This document shows, one piece after another, positions 35,736-45,762 of a DNA stretch of 64,000 nt. How positions within the stretch are numbered: the stretch's first letter is position 1; each line of letters opens with the position of its first letter. The notes under the pieces were generated by a model. The model was not told where the DNA came from. It saw nothing but the letters and a program-made list of their open reading frames with translations, and made no database searches. A program made the translations under genes and the position numbers. This DNA comes from a plasmid. Where the stretch lies: the sequence record NZ_CP012903.1. One strand, 5' to 3'.

Positions 35736-37123
35736 TCGGAATCCCCACTATTATTTGAGGTAGTTGCACGATACAAACCTCTTGACTTCAATAGCTCCGC
35801 CATACGAATTGATGATCTGTCTATCGCGGCTTTAGGAAGATAAAAATCTACTAATTTCTTTATATCTCCAAAGTGATCACCAAGCAATAAAGATATTTGA
35901 GCTTTTCTTCCACTATCGTTTATAAAACGCATGATTCTACCAAGTGGATCACCGTATGCAATTATTACTATATGCGTTGAGGGTATTGTCAACATGTCAA
36001 TAATAACCCGATTTATATGCTCATCGCCAAAACTATAACCATATGTTACCAAGGTGCTATTAGGACGACATGTTGCAGATGCTAAATCCCTAAATAGCTC
36101 AACATAAGGATATTCAGATGTTTCACGGTCTTTAACTGAATTTGGATAAATCATTAATTGTTGATAATTTGCAGTTCCGGTAGTTTCCACCTGTAAAAAG
36201 GGTTCAACCGAACTGGCTCCAAATGGCAATCCAAAACGCCTTATAGCCCCTTCAGTAGCATACCAGTCCAATGAACCATGTAATTTAGTAAATCGCGCCA
36301 CACCTTCCAAATATCTTGGCTCACCCCGAATCCCTGGTGGGTTGTAATGATAATCCACTTCTAACCGAGAAGATCTAAAAATTGGTGCTATAGTACCGAC
36401 AAATCTGTCAATTAAACGAAGACCTGCTATTTCAGCGCCCGTTTCAATTATCCTGTCGTAATTTGTCGTAAAAATATGTAATCGATCCCTAGTTGCTGTT
36501 CGACTTGAAAAACTCATCAAAAAACTTACTAAATAATTAAATGTTTCTGTTTTTAAATCGTTGTTTGCATCACGAATTAATTTTTCACCATAACTAACTG
36601 AGTCTGAAAATAATTTCAGACACCTTGTTAGCTCATTATTTAACTCTACTAACTCACTTTTTAAATTTCGATATGAGGGAGCACCTGGTGGAGATGGTGG
36701 AACCGGTAGGTTTTGTACCGTTAAAATCTCTAGTCCTTTAATCAACTCATTAATTGAACGAATCTGATCTTCAATATTACCCTTTCCCCTTCCTGAGGCG
36801 TCTGCTGTTTTAGCTACATAACTGTCTATTTCAGCCTTACAAACTTTGAGATCTTCAATCCATCCCATACCTTGAGGTTTGGTGCCGGTCGCTGACTCTT
36901 GGATAGCCGAACTAAGGCCGGCGCCAATAAGTATATTTAAGTGTTCAGACTGAAAAAGTGCAGTTAACCAAGGTTCTACTCTTGAACGCAAAAAGTCAGG
37001 AGTGATTTTATCTTCTGGTTTTGCCCATGCGCAGTGTCCAACGACTTTAAATGCACCAACTTCGCTGTGTGGGTCCAACTGAACCGGAGACTGGTCATCG
37101 CCAAGCTTTAAATATTGACTCAA
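35732..37123 (-). CDS. SIR2-like domain protein (SIR2_2 family, 463 aa), partner of HerA in the SIR2-HerA anti-phage system
   Basis: LNILIGAGLS (GAGxS), FTTNYDRIIE (TNYD) and KLHGSLDW (HG) motifs are typical of defence-associated SIR2. It is operonic with herA. Confidence 0.75.
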   Translation of the reverse strand: MSQYLKLGDDQSPVQLDPHSEVGAFKVVGHCAWAKPEDKITPDFLRSRVEPWLTALFQSEHLNILIGAGLSSAIQESATGTKPQGMGWIEDLKVCKAEIDSYVAKTADASGRGKGNIEDQIRSINELIKGLEILTVQNLPVPPSPPGAPSYRNLKSELVELNNELTRCLKLFSDSVSYGEKLIRDANNDLKTETFNYLVSFLMSFSSRTATRDRLHIFTTNYDRIIETGAEIAGLRLIDRFVGTIAPIFRSSRLEVDYHYNPPGIRGEPRYLEGVARFTKLHGSLDWYATEGAIRRFGLPFGASSVEPFLQVETTGTANYQQLMIYPNSVKDRETSEYPYVELFRDLASATCRPNSTLVTYGYSFGDEHINRVIIDMLTIPSTHIVIIAYGDPLGRIMRFINDSGRKAQISLLLGDHFGDIKKLVDFYLPKAAIDRSSIRMAELLKSRGLYRATTSNNSGDSE

Positions 37124-37199
37124 TTTGAATACATCCTTTTTTCGAGTTTAAATATTGCTAAATAGAAGCCGTTCAGGTTTTTAAGAATGCTCATCTTTC

Positions 37200-37781
37200 T
37201 TATTTATTATTGGAAAGATTAATATTGTTAGTAACCGTTTTTCTTTTCAGCCTAAAATACGTCGCCCGTGATATACCCGTTTTTTCCATTACCTCTTTTA
37301 CTTCTACGTCCTTATTGATCAATTCATTAGCTAATTCAGCCTTTCTATGAGGTTTTCTTCCGAATTTGACGCCCTTAATCATAGCTGCCTGCCGTCCATC
37401 GTTAGTTCGTTCCAAGATCCTTTCACGTTCCGCTTCGGCAACAGCAGCTAGTATCTGGATGACCATTTTTCCCATAGTGCCTTCAGTACTAAGGCCGTTC
37501 TCAAGAAAGCGAATAGCGATGCCTTTTTTATAGCAAGTATCCACGATGCGAATCATATCTGCGGTATTACGTCCAAGACGATCCATTTTTGTACAGAGAA
37601 TAATGTCATCTTTCTCCGCTCTGGCAAGGAGTCGCTGTAGCCCTTCGCGCTCATCAGTTGCTCCCGACATCATGTCAGTAAACACTCGATCATCCCTCAC
37701 TCCCGCTGTGTTGAGCTCAGTAACCTGGCTCGTCAGTTTCTGATGGCTGGTTGATACTCTTGCATACCCTAATAATGCCAT
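37200..37781 (-). CDS. tnpR: Tn3-family resolvase TnpR (193 aa)
   Basis: MALLGYARVSTSHQKL... with the catalytic Ser. It resembles Tn3/Tn1000 TnpR. Confidence 0.85.
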   Translation of the reverse strand: MALLGYARVSTSHQKLTSQVTELNTAGVRDDRVFTDMMSGATDEREGLQRLLARAEKDDIILCTKMDRLGRNTADMIRIVDTCYKKGIAIRFLENGLSTEGTMGKMVIQILAAVAEAERERILERTNDGRQAAMIKGVKFGRKPHRKAELANELINKDVEVKEVMEKTGISRATYFRLKRKTVTNNINLSNNK

Positions 37782-37900
37782 TTTGGTCTCATAAATCGAT
37801 ATTGATACTGCGTAGTATCATAAGGCATAAATCACGATTTTTGATACTCATGTTTAGGGCAGTTTTCATTGGTCTCAAAATTTATAATATTTGAGACGGT
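37745..37900. promoter_or_regulatory. res site between the divergent tnpR and tnpA (subsites with TGATACT half-sites and a crossover palindrome)
   Basis: Perfect palindrome TGATACTGCGTAGTATCA (37803-37820), additional TGATACTC half-sites, and GTCTCAAAATTTATAATATTTGAGAC (37872-37897) with a central TTATAA. Confidence 0.6.
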
Positions 37901-37940
37901 TAAAAAATGAACAGAACTCCCGTTTACGAAAGGATGCGCA

Positions 37941-40900
37941 ATGAGTGATGACTTTCTTACCAGCGAACAGACAGAAAACTACGGTCGCTATGTGGCAGAA
38001 CCAAATGAGGTTCAGCTGGCTCGGTATTTTCATCTGGATGAGCGTGACCTTGCTTTTATTAATCAGCGACGGGGAAAACATAACCGGCTGGGGATTGCAC
38101 TTCAGCTGACTACGGCGCGCTTTCTGGGAACGTTTCTTCCTGATCTCCTTCAAATTCCCTCATTCATCCGTTTTTACATTGCGGCACAGTTGAACATCAG
38201 CCGACCAGAGATCCTTTCCCGGTATGCTGAAAGAGACAATACCCGCTGGGAGCATCAGGGGCTTATCAAGCTCTATTATGATTATCATGATTTTGGTGAT
38301 TTCCCCTGGTCATTCAGACTGAAGCGTTTGCTCTATACTCGCGCCTGGCTCAGCAATGAGCGTCCAGGTCTGCTGTTTGATTTTGCTACCGCATGGTTGC
38401 TGCAAAATAAGATCCTGCTACCCGCAGCCTCGACTCTGACAAGGCTGATTGGCGAAGTACGCGAACGGGCAAGTCGACGATTATGGCGAAGGCTGGCTTT
38501 GTTGCCTGACAGCTGGCAGAAAACACAACTGGACGGTTTACTTGAAATACCTGAAGGGCAGCGTATGTCGGTGCTGGAGGAGATGCGAAAAGGTCCTGTC
38601 ACTATCAGTGGGCCGTCATTTACAGACGCCCTGGAGCGATATACCCGACTGCGTAGCATGGAGTTTTCCCGGCTGAATTTCTCCGGTCTGCCTGCCATCC
38701 AGCTGCGGAATTTGGCCCGTTATGCCGGAATGGCTTCGGTGAAATACATTTCAAGAATGCCTGACGAACGGCGACTGGCCGTGCTTACTGCGTTTGTGAA
38801 AGCACAGGAAATTTCGGCGCTTGACGAGGCCGTGGATGTGCTGGATATGCTTATTCTGGATATCACGCGTTCTGCAAAAAATATCGGGCAGAAAAAGCGG
38901 CTCAGGACCCTTAAAGATCTTGATCGTGCCGCGCTATTACTGGCACGGGCATGCACGTTATTACTTGATGAGAACACCGATGAAGCAGCTCTGCGGCAGG
39001 CTATTTTTCGCCGCATACCAAAGGACAAACTGGCTGAATCCGTCGGCAAGGTAAATGAGCTGGCGCGCCCGCAAGATACTCATTTTCAGGATGAAATGGT
39101 GGAACAATATGGACGGGTGAAGCGCTTCCTGTCCGCGATGTTGCGTGACTTACACTTTCAGGCCGCCCCGGCCGGGGAGCACACGTTGTCAGCAATCCAT
39201 TATCTGGCCGAACTGAGTGGCTCAAAAAAGCGAATTCTCGACGATGCACCAGAGCAAATCATTTCCGGCCCCTGGAAACGTCTGGTCTACGACAGAGATG
39301 GTAGGATTCTACGAGCGGGTTACTCGCTGTGTCTTCTCGAGCGCCTTCAAGATTCTTTGCGCCGTCGTGATCTCTGGCTGGAGAACAGTGACCGGTGGGG
39401 GGACCCGCGTCAAAAATTGCTTCAGGGAGCTGAATGGCAGGCACAACGCATCCCGGTATGTCGGGCGCTGGGTCATCCATCAGACGGAACTAAAGCAGCA
39501 GAACAACTGGCTACGCGGCTTGATGACACATGGAAATCAGTGGCTTCACGTTTTGCCTGCAACGCAGCGGTCAGCATAAGCAATGAAGGTAAGCATCCCT
39601 CACTGACGATTAGCAGTCTGGATAAACTGGATGAGCCACCGGCACTGATACAATTGAATCGTCGGGTAAGAGAACTGATCCCTCCGGTTGATCTGACTGA
39701 GCTGTTGCTTGAAATAGATGCCCGAACCGGTTTTACCCGCGAATTCAGCCACGTCAGTGAATCAGGTGCTCGGGCGCAGGATCTCCAGGTCAGTCTGTGC
39801 GCAACACTGCTGGCAGAAGCCTGCAATATAGGGCATGAACCCCTGATAAAGCATAATATTCCCGCGCTTACTCGCCATCGTCTGAGCTGGGTTAAACAAA
39901 ATTATCTCAGGGCAGAAACGCTGGTCAGCGCTAATGCACGGCTGGTTGATTTTCAGTCCACGCTGCCGCTCGCGGGGTACTGGGGAGGTGGTGAGGTTGC
40001 CTCCGCAGATGGTATGCGTTTTGTCACACCGGTTAAAACGGTTAATTCCGGACCAAATCGTAAATACTTTGGTTCAGGACGCGGTATCACCTGGTACAAC
40101 TTCGTCTCCGATCAGTACTCCGGTTTCCATGGCATTGTCGTTCCCGGTACGCTTCGTGATTCCATCTTTGTACTGGAAGGGCTTCTGGAGCAGCAGACCG
40201 GGCTGAATCCGGTAGAAATTATGACGGACACGGCAGGATCCAGCGATATCATTTTTGGCCTGTTCTGGTTACTGGGCTACCAGTTTTCCCCTCGTCTGGC
40301 CGATGCAGGCGGGGCGATATTCTGGCGGGCAGATAAAACGGCACATTATGGTGCCCTGAATGAGCTGGCCCGGGGATGTGTTGAACTGTCAAAAATAGAA
40401 TCCCAATGGGATGAAATGATGCGAATGGCGGGCTCACTGAAGCTTGGGACCATCCATGCATCAGAGCTTATTCGTTCACTGTTGAGAAGTAGCCGACCAT
40501 CTGGTCTGGCTCAGGCGATTATGGAAGTGGGCCGGGTCAACAAGACGTTGTATCTTCTCAACTATATCGATGATGAGGATTACCGGCGTCGGATCCTCAC
40601 TCAGCTCAACCGGGGAGAAGGACGCCATGCAGTGGCTCGAGCCATTTGCTACGGACAACGTGGTGAAATTAGAAAACGCTACCGTGAAGGGCAGGAAGAT
40701 CAACTCGGTGCTCTGGGTCTGGTGACCAATGCGGTTGTGCTGTGGAACACACTTTACATGCAGGAGGCGTTGTCACATCTTCGCAAATCGGGGGAAACAC
40801 CTGAAGAGGAGCATCTGGCAAGATTATCGCCGCTGATACATGGCCATATAAATATGCTGGGGCATTATACGTTTTCGTTACCGGAAGATATTCTGAAGGG

Positions 40901-40949
40901 CGAGTTAAGACCATTAAATTTCAATACAAACAATGAATTAACCTCTTAG
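37941..40949 (+). CDS. tnpA: Tn3/Tn1000-like transposase TnpA (1002 aa)
   Basis: MSDDFLTSEQTENYGRYVAEPNEVQLARYFHLDERD... is collinear with and highly similar to Tn3 TnpA throughout. Confidence 0.9.
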   Translation: MSDDFLTSEQTENYGRYVAEPNEVQLARYFHLDERDLAFINQRRGKHNRLGIALQLTTARFLGTFLPDLLQIPSFIRFYIAAQLNISRPEILSRYAERDNTRWEHQGLIKLYYDYHDFGDFPWSFRLKRLLYTRAWLSNERPGLLFDFATAWLLQNKILLPAASTLTRLIGEVRERASRRLWRRLALLPDSWQKTQLDGLLEIPEGQRMSVLEEMRKGPVTISGPSFTDALERYTRLRSMEFSRLNFSGLPAIQLRNLARYAGMASVKYISRMPDERRLAVLTAFVKAQEISALDEAVDVLDMLILDITRSAKNIGQKKRLRTLKDLDRAALLLARACTLLLDENTDEAALRQAIFRRIPKDKLAESVGKVNELARPQDTHFQDEMVEQYGRVKRFLSAMLRDLHFQAAPAGEHTLSAIHYLAELSGSKKRILDDAPEQIISGPWKRLVYDRDGRILRAGYSLCLLERLQDSLRRRDLWLENSDRWGDPRQKLLQGAEWQAQRIPVCRALGHPSDGTKAAEQLATRLDDTWKSVASRFACNAAVSISNEGKHPSLTISSLDKLDEPPALIQLNRRVRELIPPVDLTELLLEIDARTGFTREFSHVSESGARAQDLQVSLCATLLAEACNIGHEPLIKHNIPALTRHRLSWVKQNYLRAETLVSANARLVDFQSTLPLAGYWGGGEVASADGMRFVTPVKTVNSGPNRKYFGSGRGITWYNFVSDQYSGFHGIVVPGTLRDSIFVLEGLLEQQTGLNPVEIMTDTAGSSDIIFGLFWLLGYQFSPRLADAGGAIFWRADKTAHYGALNELARGCVELSKIESQWDEMMRMAGSLKLGTIHASELIRSLLRSSRPSGLAQAIMEVGRVNKTLYLLNYIDDEDYRRRILTQLNRGEGRHAVARAICYGQRGEIRKRYREGQEDQLGALGLVTNAVVLWNTLYMQEALSHLRKSGETPEEEHLARLSPLIHGHINMLGHYTFSLPEDILKGELRPLNFNTNNELTS

Positions 40950-40982
40950 CGTGGTTTTTTACATCATTGGACCTTGAACCCC
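40945..40982 (+). repeat. 38-bp terminal IR of the Tn3/Tn1000-like element
   Basis: CTTAGCGTGGTTTTTTACATCATTGGACCTTGAACCCC, the reverse complement of GGGGTTCAAGGTCCAATGATG...ACGCTAAG. It overlaps the tnpA stop. Confidence 0.75.
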
Positions 40983-41152
40983 AATTATGACTGCGGGCAG
41001 TAATGTCGAGCATCTTGGACTGAGATTTAAGGTGGAAAGTGCCGCTGAGTAAGATCACCATAGAGCCCGGCTAAGCCGGGTTTTTCTTTTGAAGGCTACG
41101 AACTACCCTGCCCCCTCAAGTTTCTTATCAACTCCCCCTACTATCCATATAC

Positions 41153-41212
41153 CTCTGTATTGCACATCGTGTAATATCGCGGTATAGTATTACACAACAT
41201 GTAATACAGAGA
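41153..41212. promoter_or_regulatory. Long imperfect palindrome (candidate higBA operator/promoter)
   Basis: CTCTGTATTGCACATCGTGTAATAT...TATTACACAACATGTAATACAGAG lies immediately upstream of higB. Confidence 0.55.
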
Positions 41213-41218
41213 TGGCCG

Positions 41219-41497
41219 ATGATAAAATCTTTCAAGCACAAAGGATTGAAACTGCTTTTTGAAAAGGGTGTTACTTCTGGTGTGCCTGCGCAAGATGTAG
41301 ACAGAATCAATGACCGTTTGCAGGCCATCGATACAGCGACAGAGATTGGTGAACTAAACCGCCAGATTTACAAATTACATCCATTAAAGGGGGATCGGGA
41401 AGGTTACTGGTCTATCACTGTCCGGGGGAATTGGCGCATTACTTTTCAGTTCATTAACGGTGATGCTTACATTTTAAATTATGAGGATTATCACTAA
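41219..41497 (+). CDS. higB: HigB-like toxin (RelE/ParE superfamily, 92 aa)
   Basis: [17 protein letters not shown]... The toxin lies upstream of the antitoxin, with a stop/start overlap. Confidence 0.75.
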
Positions 41498-41811
41498 TGA
41501 GACAATTCAAGGTTTCACATCCGGGTGAGATGATAGCCCGCGATTTAGAGGATATGGGAGTGAGTGGTCGTCGTTTTGCTCACAATATTGGTGTTACACC
41601 AGCAACCGTATCCCGTCTACTTGCGGGGAAAACTGCGTTGACCCCTTCTCTTTCGATTCGTATTGCTGCGGCACTGGGGAGTACGCCTGAGTTTTGGTTA
41701 CGGCTACAGAGCAATTATGATCTGCGCCAGTTAGAAAACCAAATCGATACATCCGGGATCGTCTTGTACGGTGAGTCGAACGAACAGCAGCAGAACGCGC
41801 AAGAGCATTAA
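41497..41811 (+). CDS. higA: HigA-like antitoxin (XRE-family HTH, 104 aa)
   Basis: ...[33 protein letters not shown]... Confidence 0.75.
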
Positions 41812-42069
41812 TCAATTTCTGATGCGAGGCCACCAGCCTTGCATCAGATACCCTGAGCCCTAATAGCTTTATCCTGCCAACTTTCTCTTACCCTCCGGGT
41901 GATTTCTTACAAGCTTACCCTTACCCTCATAGTCGTTTACTACCAAACTACCCTTACCCTATGGGTATGCCGTACTAACTTTGGCCCGTATAGCCTTTGC
42001 CCACTCTTCGAGGTATTGCGGGCTCATGCTATCTTAATCATACACTATATGATTAAGGAGCCATCACCG

Positions 42070-42438
42070 ATGAACCAGCCACTGACCACTGAAATTCTAG
42101 AGTCTGCATCCATCTTACCCTTTACCTGCGAGCATTGTGGTCGTGTCTATGATGATGAGGCTGCTTGTCGATCTGATGATTGCCCCGGCGAGAAAACGCC
42201 GCTTCGCATTTCAGAAGGTAAGAAGCAGGTTTGTATCCAAGGTGTAGCCTATTCAATTCCTGCATGGGTGAATTTTGTCGTAGCTGATTCAAATTTTGAC
42301 TGGTGGGGTTTTCGTGATCATCCAAAGTGCGGCCACACTATCTGGTATGGTTCGCTGGTGGCTGATTCAAGGATGTGCCTTATCGTCAGTAATGTTCAAC
42401 CGGATAAGCACTGGACGAAAACACTTTTAACCGTCTGA
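42070..42438 (+). CDS. Small Cys-rich (zinc-ribbon-like) hypothetical protein (122 aa)
   Basis: CEHCGRVYDDEAACRSDDCPG. AAGGAG RBS sits inside a palindrome. Confidence 0.45.
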   Translation: MNQPLTTEILESASILPFTCEHCGRVYDDEAACRSDDCPGEKTPLRISEGKKQVCIQGVAYSIPAWVNFVVADSNFDWWGFRDHPKCGHTIWYGSLVADSRMCLIVSNVQPDKHWTKTLLTV

Positions 42439-42635
42439 GCCGTGTTATGCAGTTATGCAGCCATCCATCTACCCGCCACCAGCGCGGGTTTCTATTACCT
42501 TCCCCCCTGTTTCTGTGGCCTGCGCTGCGAAAATAATTGTTTATTATGCTATTCGACATGGTGCCACCGGGTGTTAGCGTTTTAATCATTGCATAGACTA
42601 ACGGGCACCAGCGCCCACGAAATGAGAGAGAAATC

Positions 42636-43556
42636 ATGTACGGCAAAATCAGCAAAATGGTGATCGGTCTTTTCAGTTTGTTATTGGCTCTATCCTTCTC
42701 AGTGGAGGCTGGCTATAAATCCAGCTACAAGAGTTCGTATCGTTCATCCTACAAATCGTCATCCAGCTATAGCAAATCTTCATCCTCGCCCAGCAGCAGC
42801 TCCAGCAGCAAAAACAACGCCAGCAGCAGCAATAAAACCAGTACCGAATCTACAGCGACGGGAAGCGGCGTAAAGAATGAGCCCTCAGCCGCAAGCAGTC
42901 CGGTGGCGAAGAAAAGCATCAGTGGCGCGAAGCTGGTGGAGAACAAAGGCAAAATTGGCACAAAAGAAAATCCGGCCGCATTTTCAGCCCGAGATAATTC
43001 TTCTCAAAAGTTTTCCGGTACGTCGGGGCGAAGTGCTCCGTACATCGGGACAAAAGCCCCACCTGAGAAAGTGAGCTCGATCATTGATGAGCGCAAGCGT
43101 AGCGGTACTGACTGGACAACGCTCGCGATGATGTACTGGATGTTGAGCAGCAGTAATAGTCATGCCTCATCTCTGTCCTCAAGTGATAAAGCGTGGATCC
43201 AGCAGCAAATCCATGAGCAGGAAAGTGCGGGTGAAAGCCGGGAAGTGGCCCTGAACGAGCTGAAATCAGCCGGAGTTGATATTTCTGATGTACAGGCCAG
43301 TGATAGCCCACCAGTAGAGTTTCGCTATGACATGCCGAAAAACCTGACCGCTGGTGTGGCATGGGTCTTTACGGTAAAGGCTACCCGCAGTGGTGAAACT
43401 AAGGCATCGGAATGCAAACTGGAAGGTGCTGAGATCTTAACGCGTGGTAATACCGTGTTCATCAAATGGAAAGCCCCGGCTCTTGCTGGCGAATCAGCTG
43501 AGCTGACGTGCAAGGCTTTCGGGAAAGAAGAAGTGAAAACGCTGGTGTCTGTCTGA
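42636..43556 (+). CDS. Secreted protein with Ser-rich low-complexity region and YKSS repeats (306 aa)
   Basis: Signal peptide MYGKISKMVIGLFSLLLALSFSVEA, then (SYKS)n and poly-Ser, then a structured C-terminal half. Preceded by promoter motif copy 4. Confidence 0.5.
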   Translation: MYGKISKMVIGLFSLLLALSFSVEAGYKSSYKSSYRSSYKSSSSYSKSSSSPSSSSSSKNNASSSNKTSTESTATGSGVKNEPSAASSPVAKKSISGAKLVENKGKIGTKENPAAFSARDNSSQKFSGTSGRSAPYIGTKAPPEKVSSIIDERKRSGTDWTTLAMMYWMLSSSNSHASSLSSSDKAWIQQQIHEQESAGESREVALNELKSAGVDISDVQASDSPPVEFRYDMPKNLTAGVAWVFTVKATRSGETKASECKLEGAEILTRGNTVFIKWKAPALAGESAELTCKAFGKEEVKTLVSV

Positions 43557-43587
43557 CACTGGCCCAACAAAACGAGAGAGAAAGTAT

Positions 43588-43764
43588 ATGGCTGATTTTG
43601 CATCGACAAAAGCCACGAGCTCTTTTGAGGAATGGTTTGAGCAGCTGAGCCTGATTGCTGAGCTTAACGGTGACAGCGTGGGTGAAAGTAGCGGCTGGGA
43701 AGATACCTACAATGCAGGTACGCCTGTAGACGTCGCCTACTACGATGCTTTTGGCAGTGACTAA
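43588..43764 (+). CDS. Small acidic hypothetical protein (58 aa), not in the ORF track
   Basis: GAGAGAGAAAG RBS, ATG at 43588 and stop at 43762-43764. Confidence 0.35.
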   Translation: MADFASTKATSSFEEWFEQLSLIAELNGDSVGESSGWEDTYNAGTPVDVAYYDAFGSD

Positions 43765-43789
43765 GATATAAAATGGGGGGTAAATCAGA

Positions 43790-44227
43790 ATGATGGATAA
43801 CGAGGATGCTGTGAACATTCTTACCAGTATTGGCGCGAATATGGACTGGAGCCGGATGATACGCACGTCATCTTATCCAGCTTTTGGGCAGTTTGTCATT
43901 ACCGGGCCAAACAGCTTGCCAGTCAGTAACCGGGTGGGGTTCTGTGTGCAGGTGCGTCGTAAGGTCGGTCAGTTCGGATCAGACATGGTAATCCTGCGTC
44001 ATGCAGATGGCAGCTTATGTATCCATGAGAACAACTGCTACGTGGCTCTTACTGAGGAACAGGAAGAGCTGGCGCGGGGCGTTTTTAAGGTGCTGCCGGA
44101 AGACGAGAGCAGTGAGCGCGAATACGGCGCAAATGGTGTGTGGGAAACTGGGTTTGTCATTGAGAACTCAGAAACTAAAGGCACGCCCGATGTACCTTTC
44201 GTTATAGCGATCACCACTGAAAAATAG
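43790..44227 (+). CDS. Hypothetical protein (145 aa)
   Basis: ORF with an upstream GGGGGG RBS. Confidence 0.4.
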   Translation: MMDNEDAVNILTSIGANMDWSRMIRTSSYPAFGQFVITGPNSLPVSNRVGFCVQVRRKVGQFGSDMVILRHADGSLCIHENNCYVALTEEQEELARGVFKVLPEDESSEREYGANGVWETGFVIENSETKGTPDVPFVIAITTEK

Positions 44228-44244
44228 TTTTATCCGGGGGGGAT

Positions 44245-44967
44245 ATGACTGAACAAAAAATTGCGTCTGTGGCTGGTGCCGTTTTTCAGGTGCGCCTTCT
44301 TGATGGCTCTGAGGAACAGGCGGAATGGGTCGAGGTGAGCGAGGCGGAGTTTCACACTCCCCTGCATGACCCGGAGAAGTGGGAAAAGCGTATTCTGGTA
44401 AAGACTGCTTATGCGCCTCCACCAGCCCTTGATTTAGCGTGTCTGAATGAAGCCCGACAATGCCTGTTTGTATTGGAACAGATAGGCAGTCTCGATCATG
44501 GTGACATTGACTGTGACACAATCGACCTGCGTTTTGAGCTCGATGGCATGGACACCGGTACTGATGTCTCGGTTTCTGAATATGCGGCCCGTTCTTCTGC
44601 GGTTATCTCGCGTTTGCTGACGATTATCTCGAATTCAAAAAGTGACACAGTAACTTCTGATGGAGTTACTCGCCGGGTACAGCATAGCGATGATATCTGT
44701 TTTGATGCGTTTGCTGTGGCATGTAAGGCGAAGCTGGCAAAATCACGGGCTAAGGGGCGCGGTGGCTGGGAGTCCCGGACACATTGCAGTGATACGCTGC
44801 TGGCTGAGCAGCTGGTGGCTCATTTGCTGAAAGGTAACGCGGGTACGTTTGAGGACATTGCCGTTTTTGCCATGATGCTCCACCAGCGCGGTGCAGACCC
44901 ACGGGTACTGGCTGATGCCGTTCTGGGACTTAATCAGAAGGTGACTGATGAAACTGATCAAGGCTGA
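44245..44967 (+). CDS. Hypothetical protein (240 aa)
   Basis: ORF only. Confidence 0.4.
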   Translation: MTEQKIASVAGAVFQVRLLDGSEEQAEWVEVSEAEFHTPLHDPEKWEKRILVKTAYAPPPALDLACLNEARQCLFVLEQIGSLDHGDIDCDTIDLRFELDGMDTGTDVSVSEYAARSSAVISRLLTIISNSKSDTVTSDGVTRRVQHSDDICFDAFAVACKAKLAKSRAKGRGGWESRTHCSDTLLAEQLVAHLLKGNAGTFEDIAVFAMMLHQRGADPRVLADAVLGLNQKVTDETDQG

Positions 44968-45246
44968 AAAAGCTTACGTTGCGGGTATGCGCGGGTTGAT
45001 TGAGGGGTAATTAGGGAACCGTTGACGGGTAATGAATGGAATCATCTTTCATTGCCCGGCAGCGGTTGGACAAGCGCAGCGCGTCAGTCGTACATAACGC
45101 TCTTACGGTGTATCGGTAGTGTGCTGGTAAACAGTGATAAGGGCTGGATGTCTATCGTTAGGGTTCTCATTAAGGTAAAATATCTCGTTTTACCATGCGG
45201 CCCACGAGAACGGTGGCGGGCGATACTGTCAGAGGGGTGTTTTGCG

Positions 45247-45762
45247 ATGCGTACAATTTGTGTGAAAGATGCGAAATTCCATGTGGTGAACATGCCACGG
45301 GTAAATTACAAGCAGTTCAGCAACAAGCTGGCGCTGAAACGTCGCTTGCTGGATATCGCTATCCGGTTTTCTGTGCGAATGGGTATCCCGGTGTTTCTGG
45401 TTGGACAGCCGGGGGTGGGTAAATCACTCATGCTGAACAGTGCCCTTCCCGGACGCGTGACCGATGCACGAGAGCTGATGGTTGCTCAGGACTGGGAAAT
45501 GCCCGCTATGTTCAGTACCCAATATGTGCCAGCTGGCCCAGTGGGTATAGACGAGACAATATATTTCGACAAAGACAGTCTCTTAGCGTGTGCTGATGAG
45601 TTCAAAAATCGCGGCGTGGCTTTTGCGATACAAAGACTGGATGACGCTATCAGCGTAGCCAGTGAACTAAAGATAAGCCGTGCTTGGTTTATTTATCTCG
45701 GTGAGCCTGAGAACTTCAAACGTGAATGCAGTTATCAGCTGTACTCGCATGGAGTAGACTAA
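45247..45762 (+). CDS. Small P-loop NTPase-like protein (about 171 aa; Walker A GQPGVGKS)
   Basis: An internal ATG with a GAGGGG RBS was chosen. Upstream residues of ORF 45022.. overlap a 75-bp repeat element. Confidence 0.4.
   Translation: MRTICVKDAKFHVVNMPRVNYKQFSNKLALKRRLLDIAIRFSVRMGIPVFLVGQPGVGKSLMLNSALPGRVTDARELMVAQDWEMPAMFSTQYVPAGPVGIDETIYFDKDSLLACADEFKNRGVAFAIQRLDDAISVASELKISRAWFIYLGEPENFKRECSYQLYSHGVD

Noticed and set aside
37875-38153. 92-aa minus ORF overlapping the res site and tnpA 5' end
   Set aside because: It overlaps the res palindromes and the conserved TnpA N-terminus, so it is a chance ORF.
37941-40982. Idea that the Tn3-like TnpA here mobilised the 15-kb IR-bounded block
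   Set aside because: Its own IR (GGGGTTCAAGGTCCAATGATG...) differs from the block IRs (GGGGTCCGCTTGGAAAAAGG...) everywhere except the generic GGGG and ACGCTAAG ends. A cognate relationship is not supported.
41899-42069. Long N-terminal extension of ORF 41899..42438 (MISYKLTLTLIVVYY...)
   Set aside because: The extension crosses the palindrome and the TTACCCT repeat region and has no RBS. The ATG at 42070 follows AAGGAG.
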